Source of the DNA: a virus
Taxonomy: Duplodnaviria > Caudoviricetes
IMG/VR virus record: IMGVR_UViG_3300043432_000037
Location: 1 to 47,553 of that record
Reading direction: 5' to 3' (one strand)
Length of the DNA stretch: 47,553 bases
Positions 7,714-15,227 of the stretch are shown here, piece by piece. The translations under genes and the position numbers were made by a program. The notes beneath the pieces were generated by a model that was not told where the DNA came from, did no database searches, and saw nothing but the letters and a program-made list of their open reading frames with translations. How positions within the stretch are numbered: the stretch's first letter is position 1; each line of letters begins with the position of its first letter.

Positions 7714-8984
7714 AACACGACAGCCATATTGAACTCAACAGCGAACAGTCCACTGCGGTCAGTCGCCTCTTGGACTTCATTGAAGACCCGGACCCGATCA
7801 GCCCTTTCTTCACATTCGCCGGATATGCTGGCACTGGCAAAACTTTCTGCATGCGGGAAGTTGTTGCCCGAACTGCAGGCAGTCACACCAACTTCGCATA
7901 CACTGCACCAACCAACAAAGCAGCCAAGGTGCTGAAACAAGTCACCGGAAGTGCTGGGACAATCTACAGTCTCCTGGGCTTGCGCATCGACAAGACTGGC
8001 GAACTCAAGCAGGTCATTGCAGGCAAACCGCCGGAAGGCCTTGAAGACCTCGACTGCATCTTTGTTGACGAAGGCTCGATGGTCAACAAAAACTTGCTGA
8101 AGGAACTTCGCGCAAACGCCGAGAAGTTCAAATTCAAAGTTGTGTTCATGGGCGACCCAGCGCAGCTGCCACCAGTGGGTGAAATTCACAGCCCCATCTG
8201 GGACTTGGGCATCGGCGCGTCGCTGACCCAAGTAATGCGCCATGACAACCAGATTCTTGAACTGGTAACTGAAATCCGCAGTGTCATTGACAGTCCGGCA
8301 CCCTGCATCAACATCAAGTCCAACCACAGCAATTCTGACGGCGTATGGAAACTTACAAAATCGGCCTTCAAAGAATCAATCTTCAAGGCTGTACAAGCGG
8401 GCGAGTTTGCGGACGGGAACCAGTCCAAAGTAATTGCGTGGCGAAATGTCCGTGTGGCAGAGTACAATGCGCTTATCCGAAATGCCTTGTATGGCGTGGA
8501 GTCGCAAGCAACCCCTTGGATGGTCGGGGAACGCATTGTAGCAGCAGCTCCGTGTGAACGCAATGACGAAATGCTGATGACAACAGATGAAGAAGCTGTT
8601 GTCGAAAGCGTTATCAACTGCAAGCACCCCATGGAACCAAAGTACCAGGCAATTGAACTCAAGGCCACCACAGAAATCGGCAAATCCGTGCGCTTGCTGG
8701 TGTTGCATCCAGCTTCCCAAGCCCAATTCGACGCCGACTGCCAGCAACTCGCACACATGGCAGCCACAACACCGAAGCTGTGGAAGAAGTTCTGGGACCT
8801 CAAGGACCTCTTCCACGACATCCGGTACGCCTACGCAATCACTGCTCACCGCAGCCAAGGCTCGACTTACGAAAACGTGTGGGTTGACTACCAGGACATT
8901 CTGCTAAACCGCACACGCCGGGAAGCCTTCCAGTGCCTGTACGTTGCCTGCAGCCGACCAACCACCCGACTAATCTTGGCATAA
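7710..8984 (+). CDS. SF1B DNA helicase (Dda/RecD-like)
   Basis: Walker A GYAGTGKT, APTNKAA, VDEGSM, GDPAQLPPV, LTQVMRH, YAITAHRSQGSTY, YVACSRP. Confidence 0.93.
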   Translation: MKHDSHIELNSEQSTAVSRLLDFIEDPDPISPFFTFAGYAGTGKTFCMREVVARTAGSHTNFAYTAPTNKAAKVLKQVTGSAGTIYSLLGLRIDKTGELKQVIAGKPPEGLEDLDCIFVDEGSMVNKNLLKELRANAEKFKFKVVFMGDPAQLPPVGEIHSPIWDLGIGASLTQVMRHDNQILELVTEIRSVIDSPAPCINIKSNHSNSDGVWKLTKSAFKESIFKAVQAGEFADGNQSKVIAWRNVRVAEYNALIRNALYGVESQATPWMVGERIVAAAPCERNDEMLMTTDEEAVVESVINCKHPMEPKYQAIELKATTEIGKSVRLLVLHPASQAQFDADCQQLAHMAATTPKLWKKFWDLKDLFHDIRYAYAITAHRSQGSTYENVWVDYQDILLNRTRREAFQCLYVACSRPTTRLILA

Positions 8985-8989
8985 AACAG

Positions 8990-9017
8990 TTGACTACTGC
9001 ATTGCATTGATTATAAT
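8990..9017 (+). promoter_or_regulatory. Sigma70-like promoter
   Basis: TTGACT-16 nt-TATAAT, immediately followed by dyad copy 5. Confidence 0.75.
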
Positions 9018-9020
9018 TCG

Positions 9021-9060
9021 TTTCATGCCCCTATTATTATTTATTAATACGGGCATGAAA
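9021..9060. repeat. 40-bp dyad element, copy 5 (overlaps the predicted transcription start)
   Basis: TTTCATGCCCCTATTA-ttatttat-TAATACGGGCATGAAA. Confidence 0.9.
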
Positions 9061-9078
9061 CTCAACCAAGGAACCATT

Positions 9079-9351
9079 ATGCACTTCACTTCCCCCAACC
9101 CCCCTGCCCGTTCTAACTTGCTTTTGGCCGCTATCCTGGGACTTGTCGGCGGCACAGTCCCGACTACCATCACGGGCTTGCCCAAAACCCGCAGCACCCC
9201 CAGCCTATCCAAGCGCCTATCCAACACCAAGCGCACTTTTGACCAGTGGGCACACAACATGGTGACTTCCAGCCCTTACGACATCAGCTACTGGAACGCT
9301 CAAGTCAAGCGCCGCAACCAAAAGTTCGCCAAAAAGAAAGGCTTGGCATAA
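9079..9351 (+). CDS. Hypothetical basic protein
   Basis: AAGGA SD and ATG 9079. Confidence 0.6.
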   Translation: MHFTSPNPPARSNLLLAAILGLVGGTVPTTITGLPKTRSTPSLSKRLSNTKRTFDQWAHNMVTSSPYDISYWNAQVKRRNQKFAKKKGLA

Positions 9352-9352
9352 A

Positions 9353-9559
9353 ATGTCCCAAGTAATCACCAGCCAGATTCAGCTCTGGCGCCAAAAAGCT
9401 GCTGACGGCACAATCACAACTGAAGAAATGCGTGAAGCAATTGCCGCCATCCGTAAGGAACGTGTCGGCGCAAGCGAAAAGTCCGCAGTCAGCCGGGCGA
9501 AGGCAGCTCCCAAAGCCGCTATCAATGCTGACGATGTTCTTGCAAAGTTCTCCCTTTAA
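9353..9559 (+). CDS. Small hypothetical protein
   Basis: 68 aa; ends INADDVLAKFSL, similar to the tails of 1028-1543 and 2954-3523. Confidence 0.8.
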   Translation: MSQVITSQIQLWRQKAADGTITTEEMREAIAAIRKERVGASEKSAVSRAKAAPKAAINADDVLAKFSL

Positions 9560-9585
9560 TCAATCCCCTGCTAAAGGTTCTAGTC

Positions 9586-9981
9586 ATGTCAAAACACCTC
9601 ATCAAGGGTTTTATTACCCACACCACGTATCCCTGGTCAGAATCCGTTGCGCCGCAAATCGGCTTTGCAGCCATGGACACTGACACGGAAACCTACCCCC
9701 ACGACGAATACACTGTCGGCGTAGCTGCCCACAGCTTCGAAGTGAACATCCCAGACAACTTCAACCCGGCACCACTCAAAATTGCAGGTTTGCGTGACAA
9801 AATCCAGAAGTGCAAACTGGCCGCTTTTGAAGAGTGCTCCAAGATGGAAGAGGAAATCCAAAAACTCTTGTGCATCAGCTACGAAGCGCCAGCCGCTGGC
9901 ACCGTGTTTGAAGAAGTCCCTCAAGAAGCCATTGACCTCAACACCAACACAACTGGAGACTTCGAAGATGTCCCAGCCTAG
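9586..9981 (+). CDS. Hypothetical protein
   Basis: 131 aa ORF within the operon. Confidence 0.75.
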   Translation: MSKHLIKGFITHTTYPWSESVAPQIGFAAMDTDTETYPHDEYTVGVAAHSFEVNIPDNFNPAPLKIAGLRDKIQKCKLAAFEECSKMEEEIQKLLCISYEAPAAGTVFEEVPQEAIDLNTNTTGDFEDVPA

Positions 9982-10963
9982 TCAACGCCCCATGTTCCCC
10001 CACACAGTGGACAGCACTATCCTGGCTTCCTTCCGTGCCTGCCCACAGAAAGCTTTCAGGCAATACTTTGAACACTGGAAACCAAAAGAAACCTCCGTTC
10101 ACTTGGTCGCAGGGGGTGCATTCGCGTCTGGAATCGAGGCTGCTCGAAATAGCTTCTACGTCGGAGGCAAGTCAGCCAGTGATGCCGAAGGTGACGGTCT
10201 GGCATCCCTCATCCAGCATTATGGCGACTTTCAGTGTCCAAGTGACAGTCCAAAATCACTTGACAGAATGTGTGGAGCACTGGAGTTTTACTTTGACCAA
10301 TATCCGCTTGGTGCGGATGGGGCTGAGCCAATCACTCTCGCCTCAGGTCGAAAGGGAATTGAGTTCAGCTTTGCCGAGCCACTTCCTATTCTGCATCCGG
10401 TTACGGGGGACCCGATTCTCTACACCGGACGAAGCGACATGATTGCACACCGTGCAGGGGGAATCTATGTCTATGACGAAAAGACAACTTCAAGCCTGGG
10501 TGCATCTTGGGGGCGTCAGTGGGAAATGCGTTCGCAGTTTACCGGCTATTGCTGGGCAGCGTCCAAACAGGGCATCAAGACGAACGGCGCTATTGTGCGC
10601 GGCGTCAGTATCCTTAAAACTAAGTACGACACGTTGGAAGTACCGACCTATCGTTCGGAGTACGAAATTGAACGCTGGGAGGGGCAGGTGGTCCGCGATA
10701 TTCAGTCGATGATTCGCATGTGGAATGACGGTTACTGGGACTACAACCTTGACGGTGCCTGCACGGACTACGGCGGTTGCGTGTTCGTGCGCGTGTGCAA
10801 ATCCAGCGACCCAGAAACTTGGCTCCCAATGTACTTTGAAAAGAAAGTCTGGGACCCTCTGGCGCGCAAAGAGCTTACTGTTGGTGAACACGAACAGTCC
10901 TGGGGGCATACACCAGAGCAGGCCAGCAACCTGACCAATGAACTCTTGGGGATGCTCAAATGA
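9968..10963 (+). CDS. PD-(D/E)XK (Cas4/RecB-like) exonuclease
   Basis: GGAG SD; ACPQK, E-FSF, GRSDMI...YDEKTT, SQFTGY, C..YGGC....VC cluster. Confidence 0.85.
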   Translation: MSQPSQRPMFPHTVDSTILASFRACPQKAFRQYFEHWKPKETSVHLVAGGAFASGIEAARNSFYVGGKSASDAEGDGLASLIQHYGDFQCPSDSPKSLDRMCGALEFYFDQYPLGADGAEPITLASGRKGIEFSFAEPLPILHPVTGDPILYTGRSDMIAHRAGGIYVYDEKTTSSLGASWGRQWEMRSQFTGYCWAASKQGIKTNGAIVRGVSILKTKYDTLEVPTYRSEYEIERWEGQVVRDIQSMIRMWNDGYWDYNLDGACTDYGGCVFVRVCKSSDPETWLPMYFEKKVWDPLARKELTVGEHEQSWGHTPEQASNLTNELLGMLK

Positions 10964-11193
10964 TGCACTTGGATGTTGCAGTTTGTTACGACGCTGCAGA
11001 TGCCATAGACAAAGGCTACCTGTACCGCAAACCTGAATATCGAACAGCCATACTCAAAAAAGCTGTTGTTGTTCAACACGGCACCATAGCAGGCAACGCC
11101 ACTGTTGATTTGATCTTTGAAGACAGCGATGGGCAGAAGCATGTCGCTTTAATTACTGCCGCCCTTCTCCGCAGCATCACCACAGGAAACTGA
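10960..11193 (+). CDS. Hypothetical protein
   Basis: ATGA overlap; GTIAGNATVDLIFED.DGQK. Confidence 0.7.
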   Translation: MMHLDVAVCYDAADAIDKGYLYRKPEYRTAILKKAVVVQHGTIAGNATVDLIFEDSDGQKHVALITAALLRSITTGN

Positions 11194-11194
11194 A

Positions 11195-11434
11195 ATGACC
11201 AACGATGAACTCTTTGCGAGACAGATGCACAACGTCAATCAAGCCATTTTCGGCTTGGCTATTGTCATCAACAATCACTTACGCAGCCAGTCCACACCAA
11301 CAGCTGACGGTTCGCCTTCAGCAGAAGTTGTCGAACTTGACCGTGTGATGCAGTTGTTTGCTGACACACACCAGCGACTCACCACGATTGTCCAGGAAGC
11401 CAACGCACGCCCAGGTATCATCCTGCCACACTAA
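11195..11434 (+). CDS. Hypothetical protein
   Basis: AGGA SD; tight operon packing. Confidence 0.65.
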   Translation: MTNDELFARQMHNVNQAIFGLAIVINNHLRSQSTPTADGSPSAEVVELDRVMQLFADTHQRLTTIVQEANARPGIILPH

Positions 11435-11760
11435 TGCTCACCCAGCATTTTTACATCGAAAACCGCAGCCTTGGCTCATGCCAGCGCTACCCACTGACCA
11501 ATCGAGGTACCCGGCCCATAAGCTACGCCTTCTTTTGCCCAGTGTGCGCCGAGGTATGGGCTAGGGCTGTGATTTTCGATACTCAGTTCTTCTGCTTCCA
11601 CAAGCCCTGCCGCAAGCACCACGTTGATGCTGGCGGAATCCCAGGCAGCTTGTGGATGCCAATGGAACCTGAGTTCACCAGCTCGCTTGACGGTGAGGTG
11701 CTCAAGCGGGAGTTTCTATTGCACCTCGATTACTTGGAAAACAAATTATGTCAGATGTAG
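11434..11760 (+). CDS. Putative zinc-binding protein
   Basis: TAATG overlap; FFCPVCAEVWAR...PCRKH. Confidence 0.7.
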   Translation: MLTQHFYIENRSLGSCQRYPLTNRGTRPISYAFFCPVCAEVWARAVIFDTQFFCFHKPCRKHHVDAGGIPGSLWMPMEPEFTSSLDGEVLKREFLLHLDYLENKLCQM

Positions 11761-12602
11761 CATCGAATCCCCTGATCAAATCCGCATTGCCTGGGGTCAA
11801 TGTTCTGCTGATGGGTCCAGCCGGAACTGGCAAAACCTACAGCCTCGGGTCGCTTGTGGAAAGTGGCGTGGAAGTCTTTTACCTCGGACTCGAACCCGGC
11901 CTGGAGTCGCTGCTGGCGTACTTCACCGACAAGGGAAAAGAAGTCCCGGCCAACCTGCACTGGCACATCCTCGACGCGCCCAAAGCATCCTTCACTGAGT
12001 TCCTCGAAAGCGCCAACAAGGTCAACACCATGGCACTTGACAGTCTCGCAAAGATGTCCGACCCAAACCGAGCTAAGCACAATCAGTTCATCAAGCTAAT
12101 TGAAGCTGTAAACAACTTCCCCGACGACCGCACTGGAGAAAAATATGGATGCGTTGATACTTGGACACCTAGCCGCGCTCTGGTTGTTGACGGTATGGCA
12201 GGGCTTGCTCGGGCTGCAATGTCTCTTGTTGTTGGCGGAAAACCTGTACGTAACCAATCGGACTGGGGAATTGCTCAAGACCAAGTTGAGAAAATTGTGC
12301 GTATGTGGACTGATAACTGCCGCTGTCATTTTGTCCTTATTGCTCATGTGGAGCGTGAGACTGACGCCATCTTGGGTGGTGTAAAGCTAATGGTCAGCAC
12401 GCTTGGCAAGGCACTGGCACCAAAGCTGCCGCCGATGTTTTCTGACGTGATCTTGACAGTCCGCGAAGGCAGCAAATTCACCTGGGACACTGGCAGTGCC
12501 ATGGCTGACGTCAAGACCCGTAACCTGCCAATTGCCGGTGGGCAGCCTTCAGACTTCCGCACAATTGTGACGAAGTGGAAGTCTCGTGGCGGGGTAGTGT
12601 AG
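11748..12602 (+). CDS. P-loop ATPase, AAA_24/Sak4-like recombination protein
   Basis: GPAGTGKT, LVVDG, DWG, VLIAHVE, FSDVI, KTR; sits between an exonuclease and an SSB-like gene. Confidence 0.85.
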   Translation: MSDVASNPLIKSALPGVNVLLMGPAGTGKTYSLGSLVESGVEVFYLGLEPGLESLLAYFTDKGKEVPANLHWHILDAPKASFTEFLESANKVNTMALDSLAKMSDPNRAKHNQFIKLIEAVNNFPDDRTGEKYGCVDTWTPSRALVVDGMAGLARAAMSLVVGGKPVRNQSDWGIAQDQVEKIVRMWTDNCRCHFVLIAHVERETDAILGGVKLMVSTLGKALAPKLPPMFSDVILTVREGSKFTWDTGSAMADVKTRNLPIAGGQPSDFRTIVTKWKSRGGVV

Positions 12603-12642
12603 TTTCTCACCCGCATTACAGGCCAATAACGCGCGCATAAAA
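12603..12642. repeat. 40-bp dyad element, copy 6
   Basis: TTTCTCACCCGCATTA-caggccaa-TAACGCGCGCATAAAA. Confidence 0.9.
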
Positions 12643-12667
12643 CCCAACAAAACTTAGCAACTTTCTG

Positions 12668-12696
12668 TTGACACCTGCAACCAATTGGCCGACACT
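12668..12696 (+). promoter_or_regulatory. Sigma70-like promoter
   Basis: TTGACA-17 nt-GACACT. Confidence 0.5.
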
Positions 12697-12810
12697 ATGT
12701 TTTTAGAAATTCTTGCAACCCTAACAGGAGTCAGCCATGTAACTCAGCCCACCCTTCAACTCAGTTTTTTCCTTTTTCTTTTCCTTTTCCCTTTTCTCGG
12801 AACCATCATC

Positions 12811-13257
12811 ATGTCCTTTGACGCACAATCCTTTCTCGACGCAACAGTCACCGCCAGCAATGACACAAAAATCATCCCAGTACCTGTGGGTGAATACATG
12901 GGCATCATTGAAAAAGTGTCGCCCCGCCAGTGGCAATCCAAGGACGGTACCCAGTCCGGCATTGCTCTGGACATCATCTGGCTGGTTGAAGACGCCGGTG
13001 TCAAGCAGCTCTTGGGCCGTGAAACTGTCACCTGCAAGCAAGGCATCATGCTCGACCTGACCAATCAAGGCGGCCTGGACCTAGCCAAGGGCAAAAACGT
13101 TGGCTTGGGCCGTTTGCGTGAAGCCGTGGGCAAAAACGAAGAAGGCCAGCCTTTCGCCTTCTCCATGCTCCCCGGCCTCAGCGCCAAAATCAGCGTCGGC
13201 CACCGTGTCAACAACGACGACACCTTTGCCGAAGTCAAGGCTGTTGCCAAGATGTAA
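12811..13257 (+). CDS. Putative single-stranded DNA-binding protein (DUF669-like OB fold)
   Basis: PVPVGEYMGIIEKV...LGRLREAVG...AKISVGHR pattern; follows the Sak4-like ATPase. Confidence 0.65.
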   Translation: MSFDAQSFLDATVTASNDTKIIPVPVGEYMGIIEKVSPRQWQSKDGTQSGIALDIIWLVEDAGVKQLLGRETVTCKQGIMLDLTNQGGLDLAKGKNVGLGRLREAVGKNEEGQPFAFSMLPGLSAKISVGHRVNNDDTFAEVKAVAKM

Positions 13258-13358
13258 CCCATTACCGTAGGCTGTGACAGCGGCCCCTCGGTTTCCCTGA
13301 GCATGGAACAAAACTGCTCACCCCCTTGTTGTTTTTCCCCATCCCTTCAGGAACCCTT

Positions 13359-13655
13359 ATGCCCACACCCACCATTGGCCGCGTAGTTTACTACCGCCCC
13401 AGTCTTTTGGACCTCCAAAACCCAGCCATTGTCAGCCTGGACCTCACCCAGCCTTTCAGTGCTTACATCGGCTTTGTCAACTCCGACACCGCGGTCAACC
13501 TGCAAGTCATTGACCACCTCGGCCGCCCATTCAGCCGCGACAACGTGCCGTTCTTCGATGCACAGCAACCAGACACAGAAGCTGCCCATGCCCATTGGAT
13601 GCCCTACCAACTTCAGCAACAAGCTGGACAACCAGCCACACCTGCGGTAGCCTAG
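13359..13655 (+). CDS. Conserved phage hypothetical protein
   Basis: PTIGRVVYY...AYIGFV...VNLQVID..G...WMPYQ motif; AGGA SD. Confidence 0.75.
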   Translation: MPTPTIGRVVYYRPSLLDLQNPAIVSLDLTQPFSAYIGFVNSDTAVNLQVIDHLGRPFSRDNVPFFDAQQPDTEAAHAHWMPYQLQQQAGQPATPAVA

Positions 13656-13675
13656 CAAGCTTCCCGTCAGTCATC

Positions 13676-13698
13676 AGCCCGCCTTTGTGCGGGCTTTT
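13676..13698 (+). terminator. Rho-independent terminator
   Basis: AGCCCGC-ctttgt-GCGGGCT-TTT. Confidence 0.7.
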
Positions 13699-13831
13699 GC
13701 ACTGAGAAATCCCTCTCGCCCTGAACGTCATTTGACCAAGGCCTAGCTATGAAAACCCCCTACCTTTTCGGCACTGCTTTCCCTAATCGCAGTGCCGTTT
13801 TCGCTTCCACCTTTCAACAATCGGAGTCTCC

Positions 13832-15211
13832 ATGCAGCTCGTAAAGCGCTCAGAAATTGTCATCCACCCAAACCGTCAGCGCAAAGAATTTGACGGTGAG
13901 ATTGTAGCTGGGCTTGCCCAGTCTATCGAGTTTAAGCAGCTCTTGCACGCCCCCGTCATGCGTGAAGAAGAAGGCCGCTTCGTTCTTGTCGCTGGCGAAA
14001 CCCGCATCAAAGCCATGGACAACATCTGGCTCTTGGGCGGCAACTTCAAGTTCAACAACATGGATGTCCCAGCCGGCTGGGTCCCTTACGTCACCATGGG
14101 CCAGCTCTCGGAACTCGAAGCCGAAGAAGCTGAACTTGAAGAAAACATCAAGCGCAAAGACCTCACATGGCAAGAAAACGCCGCAGCCATGGCCAAGTTG
14201 CACTCGCTGCGCAGTCGCCAAGCCCAGGCCGCCGGGCGCATCCACACCGTTGCCGACACTGCAATGGAAGTCAAAGGCCGCAGCGACGGGGCCTACCAAG
14301 AATCAATCCGCAAAGACATCATCATCGCCAAGCATTTGCACAACCCATTAATCGCAAAAGCCAAAGACTCCAATGAAGCCTTCAAAATCCTCAAGAAGCA
14401 AGAAACGACTGAAAAGAACATCCAACTTGCAGCAACCATTGGCAGCACAATCACAGCCGACACGCACGAACTCCACAACGTCAACTGCCTCGCATGGCTC
14501 TCGGCCACCCAAGCGTCGCAGTTCGATGTTATCCTTACTGACCCACCTTACGGTATGGGCGCTGATAGCTTTGGTGATGGTGGTGGTGGCCGCCTTACTA
14601 ACAACGAACACCACTACGACGATTCTTACGAGTCTTGGAAAACTCTGATGACACAGTGGGCACCGCTGGCCTATCGCGTTGCCAAAGAAGAAGCCCATGC
14701 CTATGTTTTCTGTGACATCGACAACTTCCCCGAACTCAAATCAATCATGCGCGCAGCTGGCTGGTACGTATTCCGCACCCCATTCATCTGCACCAAGCCC
14801 AACAGTGGCCGCGTTCCCTTGCCAGATCAAGGTCCACGCCGTCAGTGGGAAATGATACTCTACGCAATCAAAGGCAAGAAAAAGACCAATGCAATCTATC
14901 CAGATGTCATTACCACCATGGCTGACCCAGGCCTTACCCACGGTGCCCAGAAACCAGTGGCCCTTTACGCCGATCTGCTCAAGCGTTCCGTCCGCCCAGG
15001 TGATGTTATCCTTGACAGTTTTGCCGGTAGTGGTACGATCTTCGCAGCAGCTCAGCAGTTCAAATGCAAAGCTGTGGGACTCGAAATGAATCCTGAATAC
15101 TATGCCATCTGCCACCAGCGCATCCAGACACTCGCCACACCAGCCCAAGAAGCTGCTGGCAAGAACCTCATGGACGAGCTGCTGCAAATGAACGGCCCAG
15201 CCCCCTTCTAA
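13832..15211 (+). CDS. ParB/Srx N-terminal domain fused to an N6A/N4C DNA methyltransferase (beta class)
   Basis: N-term RQRKEFD..LAQSI...LLHAP...LVAGETRIKA...EENIKRKDLTWQE; C-term TDPPY, HGAQKP, ILDSFAGSGT. Confidence 0.9.
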   Translation: MQLVKRSEIVIHPNRQRKEFDGEIVAGLAQSIEFKQLLHAPVMREEEGRFVLVAGETRIKAMDNIWLLGGNFKFNNMDVPAGWVPYVTMGQLSELEAEEAELEENIKRKDLTWQENAAAMAKLHSLRSRQAQAAGRIHTVADTAMEVKGRSDGAYQESIRKDIIIAKHLHNPLIAKAKDSNEAFKILKKQETTEKNIQLAATIGSTITADTHELHNVNCLAWLSATQASQFDVILTDPPYGMGADSFGDGGGGRLTNNEHHYDDSYESWKTLMTQWAPLAYRVAKEEAHAYVFCDIDNFPELKSIMRAAGWYVFRTPFICTKPNSGRVPLPDQGPRRQWEMILYAIKGKKKTNAIYPDVITTMADPGLTHGAQKPVALYADLLKRSVRPGDVILDSFAGSGTIFAAAQQFKCKAVGLEMNPEYYAICHQRIQTLATPAQEAAGKNLMDELLQMNGPAPF

Positions 15212-15227
15212 CCCTTCCTAGTCATAT

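Noticed and set aside
13258-13358. tRNA or known riboswitch in this intergenic gap
   Set aside because: No cloverleaf or T-loop consensus and no riboswitch consensus I can recognise; only the pseudoknot candidate is kept.
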